The notes below the pieces were generated by a model that was not told where the DNA came from, ran no database searches, and was given only the letters and a program-made list of their open reading frames with translations. Positions 18,738 through 28,362 of a stretch of 64,000 nt of DNA are shown here, in pieces. The stretch's first letter is position 1; each line of letters opens with the position of its first letter. The stretch lies in sequence record NC_048173.1; one strand, written 5' to 3'. Position numbers and translations under genes: made by a program.

Positions 18738-19322
18738 ATGAGCATGTGGGACCAACCCGGTACAGCTTTTACGAAGATTACCGGTGACGCTGCGAACTTC
18801 CTGAACAGTACATTCGATATCAATTCGTTTGCCACTGACTTCGTGGATAAAGTTAAGCAGCAAGTCCAAAAAGTAGCCAGCATTGAGTTGTTCCGTCTGA
18901 CCTCTGCCGCAGCGCGTAAGATGCGTTTCTCCAGTGGTGCAGATATCGTGCGTCAGTTAGAAGAGTTAGGCGAATTCCAAATGGCCCCGCCAGTCATGCA
19001 GCCGTTCTTGGTTGCGATGCCTGAGTACCGTACGTTGTACAACAACAATATGGCAGCAGGGTTTGAAAATGGATTCTCCAAACACGATCAGTTCCGCGGT
19101 AATGCGTATATGCACACCGATGCAAACTATCGTGAAGCGACCGATGGCATGGTAACTGAATATCATCCGACTCACCTGTTTAACTGGGTGCTGCCGGAAG
19201 AACGTCAGGACAAACTCTCTCGTATCAACAAAGTTGATTTGCAGATTTGCTGGAGTCGTGCGCGTGATTTGGACTGGGAAGATTCCGATCCCTACTCCGA
19301 ATACAACGCGTCCTGCTATTAA
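18738..19322 (+). CDS. Conserved protein at the phiKZ gp59 (Imp3) position
   Basis: 194 aa, GAGGAG RBS; assignment by synteny only. Confidence 0.5.
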   Translation: MSMWDQPGTAFTKITGDAANFLNSTFDINSFATDFVDKVKQQVQKVASIELFRLTSAAARKMRFSSGADIVRQLEELGEFQMAPPVMQPFLVAMPEYRTLYNNNMAAGFENGFSKHDQFRGNAYMHTDANYREATDGMVTEYHPTHLFNWVLPEERQDKLSRINKVDLQICWSRARDLDWEDSDPYSEYNASCY

Positions 19323-19327
19323 ATAAC

Positions 19328-19355
19328 AAAGAGGGGTTTCGGCCCCTCTTTTTTT
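19328..19355 (+). terminator. Intrinsic terminator (AAAGAGGGG/CCCCTCTTT)
   Basis: Stem, TTCG-type loop, T run. Confidence 0.85.
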
Positions 19356-19368
19356 CTGAGGTTTCGAT

Positions 19369-19743
19369 ATGTCTGATATTGTAGTGGGGACGCTCTCTAC
19401 TCGTGGCTGGGCTGTTACTGCTGAAGAAAAAATCCGTGAAGTGATGAACAACTATACCGAAGCGGGTTTCAGCCAGTCTGTTCTCTATCAAGGGAACATT
19501 AAATCTCTCGAACATGCACGCTTTCGTACCGAACAGGATATGGATGCCCTGCGTTCAGAGGTGAAGAAAGACCTCGAATCGTTATACGGTAACATCTTCC
19601 CCGATGGCGTACTGGTGAACACCCAAGTCATCCAAGAGGATGAAAGCGATGTGCGCTACCGCCTGTATATCGAAGTGGAAGTGACCGAAGGCGAAAACCG
19701 TTATTCTATCGAAAAATACGTTAATGTGGAGAACAAAGAATGA
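19369..19743 (+). CDS. Probable T4 gp25/P2 gpW-like baseplate wedge protein
   Basis: 124 aa with helix followed by beta-hairpin pattern typical of gp25; inference. Confidence 0.5.
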   Translation: MSDIVVGTLSTRGWAVTAEEKIREVMNNYTEAGFSQSVLYQGNIKSLEHARFRTEQDMDALRSEVKKDLESLYGNIFPDGVLVNTQVIQEDESDVRYRLYIEVEVTEGENRYSIEKYVNVENKE

Positions 19744-20342
19744 CCCGTGAACTCAACGAAATTGAAAAGTTTCAACTGGAAGAGGTAAAGGATTTGGAAA
19801 AGACCTTCGTCGATTTGACAGGCGCTACGCGTTATTCTGACTCTACCTTCCGCCGTCAGGGTTTACCGATTCTGACCGGCCTGCTGGATGACACCTTCAA
19901 CCCGCTGCTGTGGGCTGAGTTCATCGGTTCTAACTACGTGCCGCTGGAAATCCTCACCGATGACCTGCGCTCCGTACTTTTTACATTACCCCCACTCCTT
20001 ATGCCGGGGCCAGCCATCATTGCGCAAGATAACCAACAGTCGTTGTCTGACGCCTCTACCGAGATTGCATTGCAAGGTGCAATTATCGCAGAGAATGGCG
20101 GTATCCTGATTAACCAGCTCATCAACGGTGCAGCTGGCGCAATCGACCGTGCTATGTACGGGATCAACTTCGAACGTGCTCGCCAGACCATCACTACGCT
20201 GAACGAGGTCTTCGAGCATTACGGTATCAATGGCCGAATTGAATATCCAGAAGGACTCTCTGAAGTCTCTCCGGAAGAAAAGGTCGCTGCTGCGCCTAAG
20301 GAACGTGAACGTTATGCCATTGACGATGGAGACGCATTATAG
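19740..20342 (+). CDS. Conserved hypothetical protein
   Basis: 200 aa, ATGA overlap. Confidence 0.75.
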   Translation: MTRELNEIEKFQLEEVKDLEKTFVDLTGATRYSDSTFRRQGLPILTGLLDDTFNPLLWAEFIGSNYVPLEILTDDLRSVLFTLPPLLMPGPAIIAQDNQQSLSDASTEIALQGAIIAENGGILINQLINGAAGAIDRAMYGINFERARQTITTLNEVFEHYGINGRIEYPEGLSEVSPEEKVAAAPKERERYAIDDGDAL

Positions 20343-21453
20343 TGCGGTCACTAAACTCGTCGGCTGTAAAAGAGTAGCCTTTTTTGGCGATGTGCACCTG
20401 CTCCATGGGCGGGTGCCCACCTCTCACATTGCCGCGACGCTGACGACATTAATCAGCGAATTAAAAAATACAGCAGATGCCATTTATATTGTAGGGGACT
20501 TATTCGACGACTCGAAACACCTTCGTTCCGAGGATACCCACGACGCATTGGACTTCATTGCTTGGTTATTAAAGTGGTGTAAGGAAACCAACACGGCGCT
20601 GCGTATTTTGGAAGGAACCCACTCGCATGACCACGGCCAATCAAAGTTTGTGCCGCGTATCAACAAAGCGATTGGGGCTGATGTGCTGTATTTAGACGGG
20701 ATTGGTATTCACTACGACCCGGTTCTGGAAATGACCGTAGGTTGGGTTCAGGATGATTACAACACCAAAGCGAGCGAGACAGAGCAGGAAATGGCGGAGC
20801 TCATGAAGACGCGTGGTATTGACAAAGTGGATTTCTTTGTCATGCATGGGTGCTTTCATTTCCAGCTACCTGTTTTTAGCGAGAAATCGTTTAATGAAAA
20901 GTTTTGGGTTAAGCGTGCGAAACGAGTCATTGTTATTGGCCACGACCACCGCCCGAAACTCAACGGTATCATTCGCGTCACTGGGAGTCCAGAACGCCTC
21001 TCCATGGGAGAGGAGGAAGAAAAAGGTATTACCATCGCGGACTTTACGGATGAGCATACCCGTCTGTACTTTCGTGTCAACACCGAGGCATGCATGCAGT
21101 TAACCGTGCGTGCCATGGATGATTACGATGCGCACTATCAAGCGTGTCTGGCTGCGTTAAAACGCATAGACGAATCCCCGAACCCGCAGGTGGGGCGTCT
21201 TAAGATTGAATATGCATTCGATAGCCCAATCGCCGAGCATGTTGCGCGGTGGAAAAAAGAATACATATTTAATATCAAGGGAGACAAACTTCGCGACCCG
21301 AAAGTTGAGAAGCTTTTAGTCGAGGCGTTTAGTCACACGTCGGAAGTCGAAACTATCGACCAAGACAACGTGCAGTCCATCATGCTCGCTGAAATGGCTG
21401 AGCTGGACTATGACCCGAACATTGTGTCGGAGATTATAGAAGCAGTACGATGA
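20314..21453 (+). CDS. sbcD: SbcD/Mre11-like metallophosphoesterase nuclease
   Basis: GDVH, GDLFD, GTHSHD, MHG, GHDH motifs; start 20314 or 20326. Confidence 0.85.
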   Translation: MPLTMETHYSAVTKLVGCKRVAFFGDVHLLHGRVPTSHIAATLTTLISELKNTADAIYIVGDLFDDSKHLRSEDTHDALDFIAWLLKWCKETNTALRILEGTHSHDHGQSKFVPRINKAIGADVLYLDGIGIHYDPVLEMTVGWVQDDYNTKASETEQEMAELMKTRGIDKVDFFVMHGCFHFQLPVFSEKSFNEKFWVKRAKRVIVIGHDHRPKLNGIIRVTGSPERLSMGEEEEKGITIADFTDEHTRLYFRVNTEACMQLTVRAMDDYDAHYQACLAALKRIDESPNPQVGRLKIEYAFDSPIAEHVARWKKEYIFNIKGDKLRDPKVEKLLVEAFSHTSEVETIDQDNVQSIMLAEMAELDYDPNIVSEIIEAVR

Positions 21454-21462
21454 GGAGAGCTA

Positions 21463-22284
21463 ATGGCTCTATCGACAGTTGATCGGGTATTTGGGTTAGA
21501 ATATCCCATGTCCATTGCAACGTCCCTTGCGTTTGAGGGTTTGCTCCATACGGGCGAACATGCAGCAGATAAAGGTGAGCCACCGGTTCACAGCTTCCGC
21601 GCTATCTTTGTGAATGTGCGTACATTATTTCGTAACGTTTATAACGCGTTCGAAGATAAAAAAGCAGAACTAGATGCAGATATTGCCCTAGCGGCAATCG
21701 AAGAAGATGTTAAAGCCATTCGGGAGACGGTAGCCGCCGTCTCCCCTTCGACCATATGTGTCTTCTACCTCTGCCAGTACAAAACCATCAACAAAGAATT
21801 CCCTCAGGCCAAGTTCAAGAATCCTTCCACGCCGAACCAGACGCATTACAACTCCGTCGAAATGGATGTGTACCGTCGGGTAGTCAAAGACGAGCTTTTC
21901 GAAGCGAAGCTTTTCGATGTGGAGATTTCAAACAACGTGGATACGGTGTGTTTAACCCACTTACCGATAGATCTGCTTTGGCAGAAGAACTTCCCTAAAC
22001 TGGCGTTGCTGGAATCCCATACAGGTAAAGTGAAAGGGCAGCTGGAATGGTACACCAAGCTGAACGGGAAACCAGAGAACGTTCCTTTTAACAAAGCAAC
22101 CTTAACCTTGTACGGAGACGGGGTCATGTTTGCACCAGAGGATTTGAAATCTCGCCGCGTGTTAGAGAAGGTGGCAGCGAAGTTTAGCTGGAACCAATCG
22201 ACGACAATGAGCCGCATTAAATCCACATTGCGTATCGCCAACGAACCGTTCTTGATTGAATATATTGACCGGTTAAGCAAGTAA
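21463..22284 (+). CDS. Conserved protein, possibly PIN/5'-3' exonuclease-like
   Basis: 273 aa, GAGGAG RBS; IFVNVRTLFRN resembles the first PIN/FEN strand-helix. Confidence 0.4.
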   Translation: MALSTVDRVFGLEYPMSIATSLAFEGLLHTGEHAADKGEPPVHSFRAIFVNVRTLFRNVYNAFEDKKAELDADIALAAIEEDVKAIRETVAAVSPSTICVFYLCQYKTINKEFPQAKFKNPSTPNQTHYNSVEMDVYRRVVKDELFEAKLFDVEISNNVDTVCLTHLPIDLLWQKNFPKLALLESHTGKVKGQLEWYTKLNGKPENVPFNKATLTLYGDGVMFAPEDLKSRRVLEKVAAKFSWNQSTTMSRIKSTLRIANEPFLIEYIDRLSK

Positions 22285-22288
22285 CTCG

Positions 22289-22317
22289 AAATTTTTACGT
22301 CACCTACAATTGATGTG
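22289..22317 (+). promoter_or_regulatory. Candidate middle promoter AAATTTTTAC-N15-TGTG
   Basis: 35 nt upstream of ATG 22353. Confidence 0.55.
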
Positions 22318-22352
22318 TAGCGCGACACCAACAACTAAAAGGACCTGTCATC

Positions 22353-23039
22353 ATGTCGTTTAACCACAAGTTTCTTAAAGACAAAACTCTTCTGCCGAAA
22401 ACCAAACCAGACGCACGCGGCCAGCAAAAATCCATGTCTATTGAGCCGAACATGTTCAATGGCGAATGCGAAGGTTTGACCTTCAAATACTTCTTCGGTA
22501 AAGGCGAAGGCATTTACCCATCCATGAAGTACGCAACCCTGCGTGCGATTTGTGATGCGCTGGAAGATGCCCTGCGCAACAAAGAAGCAAGCAGCCTCGA
22601 GTTCGAAATCACCAACAGCCAGAACAAACCCGCTGCCATGATTGTGGTCGGCCGCGGCGAAGATCTGATCCCGTTCATTAAGCTGGGCGGCGATGTTAAC
22701 GGACAAAAGAAAATGGCCGGCTTCACCTGGTACGCAGACAAAGGTGTTCGTCTGTTGCGTAAAGGTCAGCCGGTGCCGGATCTGGAAATCCATGAGCGTA
22801 TTGCGCGTACCTTCGTGAAAGAATTTAACGTCTTCCTCGAAGCGCTGCGTGATGTGTATAACCCGCGTGATTGGAACGCCAACGGGGGTGGTCAGCAGTC
22901 TAGCCGTGGTCAGTATGGTGGTGGCGGTCAGGGTGGTGGTCAACGTGGTGGCCAGTATCAGGGCGGTGGTAACCAAGGCGGCGGTAACGGCGGCGGCTCT
23001 ATGGCATCAGCGACGAACGAATTTGACGAAATGTTCTAA
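22353..23039 (+). CDS. chmC: ChmC-like nucleus-associated nucleic-acid-binding protein (phiKZ gp67/Imp6 position)
   Basis: Beta-rich core plus G/Q/N-rich tail and acidic tip NEFDEMF; two genes upstream of PicA. Confidence 0.65.
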   Translation: MSFNHKFLKDKTLLPKTKPDARGQQKSMSIEPNMFNGECEGLTFKYFFGKGEGIYPSMKYATLRAICDALEDALRNKEASSLEFEITNSQNKPAAMIVVGRGEDLIPFIKLGGDVNGQKKMAGFTWYADKGVRLLRKGQPVPDLEIHERIARTFVKEFNVFLEALRDVYNPRDWNANGGGQQSSRGQYGGGGQGGGQRGGQYQGGGNQGGGNGGGSMASATNEFDEMF

Positions 23040-23052
23040 TCGGTGACGGCAC

Positions 23053-23074
23053 AGGGGAGGGTTCGCTCTCCCCT
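23053..23074 (+). terminator. Hairpin AGGGGAGGG-TTCG-CTCTCCCCT (no T tract)
   Basis: 9-bp stem; terminator or mRNA-end structure. Confidence 0.5.
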
Positions 23075-23093
23075 ACACTGAAAGTGTATTGAA

Positions 23094-23105
23094 ATATATG
23101 TTATC
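23094..23105 (+). promoter_or_regulatory. Candidate early promoter ATATATGTTATC
   Basis: Identical copy at 28351; near copy at 55807. Confidence 0.55.
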
Positions 23106-23133
23106 ATCGTGAATAACCCCGAGGAGAAATCTA

Positions 23134-24774
23134 GTGAACATTGAGAAGATTCGCGAAAGTGTAGTGATTAGCCACAATGGTGAAACCATTACTTTCAATA
23201 ACGTGCCGCACATCAACCGGAAGAAGAACACAGTTAAGATTCGCATGGACGATGAAGGGGATTTCCTTTCCCGTGACCAACTGCTGTTCCTCGAACTGAA
23301 TCGTCTTTGGGGCACTTTCTCGGACAAAGAGATTGCCGAAGTTTGGGAGATTTATCAGAACGTACAACTGCTAGTCACTGAACCGGATGAAGTACGCTTT
23401 AACGTATTGCCTGACATGTTGCGTCGTCTGGTAGAGATTCATTCTGTCGACCGCATCATTGCGTTGTACCCTCAGCATCAGGTGTGGATTCCGAAGAAGC
23501 TCGAAAATAACTTCGACAACATTTCGCCGAACTACACTGAAGCCATGACGTATCTGGTCTCTGACTATTATAACCTCATGGTGTTTACGCTGGCACTGAA
23601 ACCATTGATTCCGGTCTTCGCCGCAATCGGTGCGTATCCTCCTGTGAAAATGAACTCACAGTCTGCCCGTCGCAAAATCGTGACCTTAACCAACGATTGT
23701 TTCGAAATCCTGCTGACCTCTAAACTGGGCAATCAGCCGGCGATTCAGAAACTCCGCGACTCATTACCACACACCATCGTCAAGATTCAGAAAGAAGCGG
23801 GAGCGCAAAACTCTAATACGCCGTCCCTGACTCTGATTGCGGTTGTGGAAGGTTATGGGTTGGACGCGTTGGAAGAATACATTACCGCTTTCACGGTGGT
23901 GAATATTCTGGCACTGCAACCGGTAGGCGCGGATTTCAAAGAAGGTGTGATGGATGAGAACTCCATCGTAAGCCGCATCTTCTATGGCATTCGTCCCGAA
24001 GTATTGAACGGCTTTGCCGATAAGATGTCCGCTCACAACGTGACTGAGAAACCGCACGCCTCCACCATGAAACTTAATGGTGAGCGTGGCAAGACCTCAG
24101 TTATCGATACGGTGAATGCACGCTCCACTGCGCCTATTAAGGAAGCAGAACGTACCGGGTTTTATTTCACCGAGTACCGTAAGGCGCTGAAACGTATTGA
24201 TGCAGATATTCCACCTGCTCGCTGTAAGCTGCACATCGACGGGATTGTCGAGCACCACCCGCGTCCATTCTCAGAATTGCACGAATGGCTGGTTGCAGTA
24301 GTATTGCACCGGCATGCGCACCGCGGGACGTATAAAGATGTTGACATGCAAAGTTACATGCATGGCATGGGGATTGCACAGGCTATCTGGGCAAGCTATG
24401 GATTCCATTCGGCTGCAGCACTGCTAAGCTGCTCGGCGCTACCGGGTCGCGATGGTTTGGAATATCCGTTCCTGCCAATCGATGCGAGTATCAAAGAAAA
24501 GTCGGAAATATATTATCCTCAAGCATACCGTGCCCATAAAGGTCAGGAAATCATCAGTCCACTGCGTGAATCTGTCATGCTGTTGATTCGTGATTACATC
24601 AACCCGTTTAGTTTCCATTTGAAAACCTCACCAGAGGTCGCAGCATTACTTGGCGTAGAACCCGAAGTGAAGGGGTATATTCCGGGTAAGAACTTGCAGA
24701 TGGAACTGGCAGAAATGCTGCTTATCCAGGCCAGACAGAAGCACCGTGAAATGCATCCGTTGGCCGCTGAATAA
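23134..24774 (+). CDS. Non-virion RNAP promoter-specificity subunit (phiKZ gp68-like)
   Basis: 546 aa helical protein, GTG start with GAGGAG RBS; position between ChmC and PicA. Confidence 0.7.
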   Translation: MNIEKIRESVVISHNGETITFNNVPHINRKKNTVKIRMDDEGDFLSRDQLLFLELNRLWGTFSDKEIAEVWEIYQNVQLLVTEPDEVRFNVLPDMLRRLVEIHSVDRIIALYPQHQVWIPKKLENNFDNISPNYTEAMTYLVSDYYNLMVFTLALKPLIPVFAAIGAYPPVKMNSQSARRKIVTLTNDCFEILLTSKLGNQPAIQKLRDSLPHTIVKIQKEAGAQNSNTPSLTLIAVVEGYGLDALEEYITAFTVVNILALQPVGADFKEGVMDENSIVSRIFYGIRPEVLNGFADKMSAHNVTEKPHASTMKLNGERGKTSVIDTVNARSTAPIKEAERTGFYFTEYRKALKRIDADIPPARCKLHIDGIVEHHPRPFSELHEWLVAVVLHRHAHRGTYKDVDMQSYMHGMGIAQAIWASYGFHSAAALLSCSALPGRDGLEYPFLPIDASIKEKSEIYYPQAYRAHKGQEIISPLRESVMLLIRDYINPFSFHLKTSPEVAALLGVEPEVKGYIPGKNLQMELAEMLLIQARQKHREMHPLAAE

Positions 24775-24813
24775 TTATACGCACTTTATAAAGAACATAT
24801 CGAGGAGTAATCA

Positions 24814-26535
24814 ATGAAACTGCTGCAACTTCAACTGTATCCGGTCTACGAAATCCCAGAACAGATTCGTCGCCGTATTGCGTTCAACGCCGGTACGGAA
24901 GATTTGACCAAGCTGAGCGATGTGATTGTTCAGAATGGTTCGAGCGCCACCAGTGCGTTTGACTACGGCGAAGCGATGGGGAAAATCGTAGGCTTTGACC
25001 CGCTGCCGGGTAGCTTTGAAACACCGGTGCTGGATATCTCCGGCCAGAGCAATGTGGTCACCCCATTCCGTTTCGAGCAACGCAGCCGTATCTACAACTT
25101 CGTGGCCGTTGTGGTAGTTAACCCGATTAACGAAACTCGCTCACAAGAGATTCGTTATATCCTGACCGGTTACACCTCAGAAGCTGACCCGACGTTGGCG
25201 AGTCTGCTGCCAGATGACATGGTGTTGTACATCAACGACATCTATGGCGTACGTCTGAGCTATAAGTACGACTCACTGGGTAACCGTTATGTTGACCCGA
25301 ACTCGTTCCAGATGGTTGACAACTATGTGCTGTCCAACACGCTGGTTACGTCGCAGGGAACTGAATTAACGCTTGACCCGATTGCGCTGACTAAGGCAGC
25401 CAAGACGGTAAGTAATCTGGATGTGAATGTGGGGGCAGGTGAAGAGCTGCAGTTCAACGTCACCTCCGATCAGGTTCTCGGCCCGTCATTGCAATCAGAA
25501 GCACAACTGCTGACTGCACAACTGACCCGTCCTGAATCGTTCATCGGTGCGATGTCCACCGGGTATCTGAACTCGCTGCTGAATGAGCAAGAGTCCAACT
25601 CCCTGTCCGGCATCAATGCGTTCTTTGATAATGGCACGCTGTCACTGGAAGGTGAGATGCGCCGCCTGGGTGTGGTGAAGTCGTATAAGAACCACAACTT
25701 TGCCAACGCCCTGCGTACGGCGCTATCCCGCCAGAACTTTGTGCAGGATGCGTACCGTCAGTCACAGGATGCCAAGTTCCGTTTAGGTGACCTGCGTTCC
25801 GTGCTGTTTAACCCGCAAGACCTGAACCGCATGTTGCAGGACTCACTGAGTACGGCAATGCGTAACATGTCTCTCGGCATCGACAAAACGGACAGCTGGA
25901 CCAACATGCGCGGCATCGGTACTGATGCATCACTGATTGCCTACGATGTGGGTATGCGTATGGGTCAGGTTATGGCGAAGAACCTGATTAACGGGATTCG
26001 TCTGACCTTTGATAACCGCATGGCGAACTTTGATACGCAGCCGCAGTTGGCTGTGGTACCAGACTCCGCAGAGTCCGTGAGTGAAGGGGGTATCCCGGCA
26101 CTGATGGCTCGTAACTTCATGCGTGAAATGATGCAGACCTTTATTCAGGCTACGCGTCACAACGCTGTTCGCTGCAAGATGGTGGTTATCTCACGTCTGG
26201 GTCAGGTGACCCGTGTGGAAATCACACCAGACGGTGAGGCAGTCACCGAGTATTACACCTTCGCGTCGTTCATGTCATCCCGTATGCATATCGGCCTGAC
26301 GTACGACAACACGTACAACAACACCGTGGCTAAGAACACCAGTACGTTGTTCTCCACTATCCAGCACGGCTTTGATGAGTATACTCGTCGCGATTCCTCG
26401 AACGCGGTGATGGTCTCAATGTCGGCTATGTCGTCACCGTCTAACGGGTTTACGATTCCGGACACTCCGGTTTCCCAGCCCGCTTCTAGCGGGGACTTCT
26501 CGTTCGGCAATGACGTTACCGGATTCAAACTTTAA
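24814..26535 (+). CDS. picA: PicA/Imp1 phage-nucleus protein import factor (phiKZ gp69-like)
   Basis: 573 aa, GAGGAG RBS; conserved position after gp68-like gene. Confidence 0.7.
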   Translation: MKLLQLQLYPVYEIPEQIRRRIAFNAGTEDLTKLSDVIVQNGSSATSAFDYGEAMGKIVGFDPLPGSFETPVLDISGQSNVVTPFRFEQRSRIYNFVAVVVVNPINETRSQEIRYILTGYTSEADPTLASLLPDDMVLYINDIYGVRLSYKYDSLGNRYVDPNSFQMVDNYVLSNTLVTSQGTELTLDPIALTKAAKTVSNLDVNVGAGEELQFNVTSDQVLGPSLQSEAQLLTAQLTRPESFIGAMSTGYLNSLLNEQESNSLSGINAFFDNGTLSLEGEMRRLGVVKSYKNHNFANALRTALSRQNFVQDAYRQSQDAKFRLGDLRSVLFNPQDLNRMLQDSLSTAMRNMSLGIDKTDSWTNMRGIGTDASLIAYDVGMRMGQVMAKNLINGIRLTFDNRMANFDTQPQLAVVPDSAESVSEGGIPALMARNFMREMMQTFIQATRHNAVRCKMVVISRLGQVTRVEITPDGEAVTEYYTFASFMSSRMHIGLTYDNTYNNTVAKNTSTLFSTIQHGFDEYTRRDSSNAVMVSMSAMSSPSNGFTIPDTPVSQPASSGDFSFGNDVTGFKL

Positions 26536-26546
26536 AGGATATCTCG

Positions 26547-27965
26547 ATGAGCAAGCTGAACATTATTGATTACTACCGCGCCCAGTTGGACTCACTGGGT
26601 TTTGGCGATAAAGATGCGTTCTTGTATCACAAGGACGAAGGGCAACTGACTGACCCGGTGACATTTAAGTACGCCGGCGAAACACGTCAGATGGTACTGC
26701 CGACGTACCAGATGATTAAAGCGGGCTTAGTGGATGAAGTGGGCAACGAATGCCACGCTTTCCATCCGCTGTGTGAATCGGTCATGACCGGCGAATCAGG
26801 GACGATTCGCTTTCTGAAACAAGCCATCAAAAATCAGCTGTACGTGAAAGGTATCTCCTTTATTACCTACATGCTGAAAGCGCTGGCCGAAGGGAAGTCT
26901 TCTCGCTCTGCCACCTTTAAGAAGTTTGTGGCGGCAATGACTGAAGGCGTGAAAGATCCGAAGATTGATGATAAGCTGCTGCGTAGCTGGACGAACGTGG
27001 CAACGTACATCAAAGACCGGATGGATAAGAAAACTCGCCTGATGCTCAGCATTCAGCCCGACCAGAAAATCGACGGGGTGAAATACCTGCGTGCGGCGAA
27101 CTATAAGCATGCATTCAGTGAAGAGCAGGATGACGGTACGGCAACGTACTTCGGTGTGCGGCTGGAACGTAAGCAGGACAAAGTGATTATTCACAACCTG
27201 CTGACCACCGTGTTCGGTTGGTATCCAGAAGAGATGGGGTCGAATGACCAGCGAGCGTACTATGGGTCATTGATTCGTGGTTGGGCAGAGTTCGTGTTGA
27301 AGTTCAATGCCCATGCGAAAGGTCTGAAGGACATCGTGCCGGAATACGAACTGCTGAACGATGCGTGGTTGCCAGAACTGGACAACCTCAGTGAATACGA
27401 CGGTAAGATTCAAACCTTACCGTACAACACCGGCAGTCGCGACTCCGAAGTGGAAACCACCAAGCGTGATTTCCGGGTTGGTGGGCAGCAGACTTATAAT
27501 GAGCCAGCTGCGCAAACGGTTACAGAAATTCGTCGGACTGAAAACGGTCTGATTGACCCACTGTCACTGTTGTCACCGGCCACTGCCCCGCAGTCGGGTA
27601 ACGTGTTCATTAATGGTACCCGTCAGGTTGACCTGTCGCAGTACACTCCGCTCGAACAGAAACTGATTAAAGAAGGCCGTACGCATGCACAGCCCTCTAA
27701 AATCGCCGCTATCCCATTGTCACAAGCTTTGGGCGGTGGACATGTCTCTCGCCAGCAGGGTAGTGCAGCCGACTTCTTCGGTAGCAACAGCGGTAACGTA
27801 TTCGCCACCACCACCAGTAACAATAACCCGTTCGCTGGTAACGTAGGCAATCCGTTTACCTCATCTGCAAACAGTAATCCGTTTGCAGGTGGTAATACCA
27901 ACAACAATCCATTCGGCGGTTCTACTGGCGGCAACGACGGTAGTCTGTTCAGCGGTATGTTGTAA
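26547..27965 (+). CDS. Conserved phiKZ gp70-like protein with N/G/F low-complexity tail (4x NPF)
   Basis: 472 aa, AAGGA RBS; position after PicA. Confidence 0.7.
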   Translation: MSKLNIIDYYRAQLDSLGFGDKDAFLYHKDEGQLTDPVTFKYAGETRQMVLPTYQMIKAGLVDEVGNECHAFHPLCESVMTGESGTIRFLKQAIKNQLYVKGISFITYMLKALAEGKSSRSATFKKFVAAMTEGVKDPKIDDKLLRSWTNVATYIKDRMDKKTRLMLSIQPDQKIDGVKYLRAANYKHAFSEEQDDGTATYFGVRLERKQDKVIIHNLLTTVFGWYPEEMGSNDQRAYYGSLIRGWAEFVLKFNAHAKGLKDIVPEYELLNDAWLPELDNLSEYDGKIQTLPYNTGSRDSEVETTKRDFRVGGQQTYNEPAAQTVTEIRRTENGLIDPLSLLSPATAPQSGNVFINGTRQVDLSQYTPLEQKLIKEGRTHAQPSKIAAIPLSQALGGGHVSRQQGSAADFFGSNSGNVFATTTSNNNPFAGNVGNPFTSSANSNPFAGGNTNNNPFGGSTGGNDGSLFSGML

Positions 27966-27967
27966 GC

Positions 27968-28005
27968 AAAAAATAAATAAGGGGCTAACTACCCCTTATT
28001 TTTTT
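27968..28005. terminator. Bidirectional terminator (ATAAGGGG/CCCCTTAT)
   Basis: A and T tracts flank the stem between convergent genes. Confidence 0.85.
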
Positions 28006-28324
28006 AAACAACGGCGGAGTCCAGAATGGATGCCACGACACCGATGTCCGGAATCAGTAAGGTTTCCATGTCAGGGGTGAATTCCATCGGGTTGCGGATG
28101 TTGTTTAAAAGCATCGTTGGAAAGATAAGTTCGCTGGGAATATCGACTAAGCTGCAGTACGCATAGAAGCTATGCATCTCCGGATACGAATAACGCGGGT
28201 CTACTGCCCTTGCCTTCGTGCTCGGATGATTACGCAGATAGTCAAGGTGGTCAATGATGAGTTGGCGTTCAATGGTACTAAGCGCTGGTATCGCCGCCTC
28301 GTATGTCACAAAGTTATCAAGCAC
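28004..28324 (-). CDS. Probable LysM-type baseplate protein (T4 gp53/P2 gpX-like)
   Basis: 106 aa, AGGAGG RBS; LIFPTMLLNNIRNP...LLIP fits the LysM tail motif. Confidence 0.55.
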   Translation of the reverse strand: MLDNFVTYEAAIPALSTIERQLIIDHLDYLRNHPSTKARAVDPRYSYPEMHSFYAYCSLVDIPSELIFPTMLLNNIRNPMEFTPDMETLLIPDIGVVASILDSAVV

Positions 28325-28350
28325 AACTTCCTCCTTTAAAAATAATTAGC

Positions 28351-28362
28351 ATATATGTTATC
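28351..28362 (+). promoter_or_regulatory. Candidate early promoter ATATATGTTATC (overlaps a minus-strand TATG at 28350-28353)
   Basis: 29 nt upstream of nvRNAP beta ATG. Confidence 0.55.

Noticed and set aside
20230-20313. ORF-track N-terminal extension of SbcD
   Set aside because: Deep overlap with the upstream gene; better starts at 20314 or 20326. Extended starts at 3391, 5528, 8394, 9888, 32744, 40004, 50397, 52481, 53077 and 63291 were trimmed for similar reasons.
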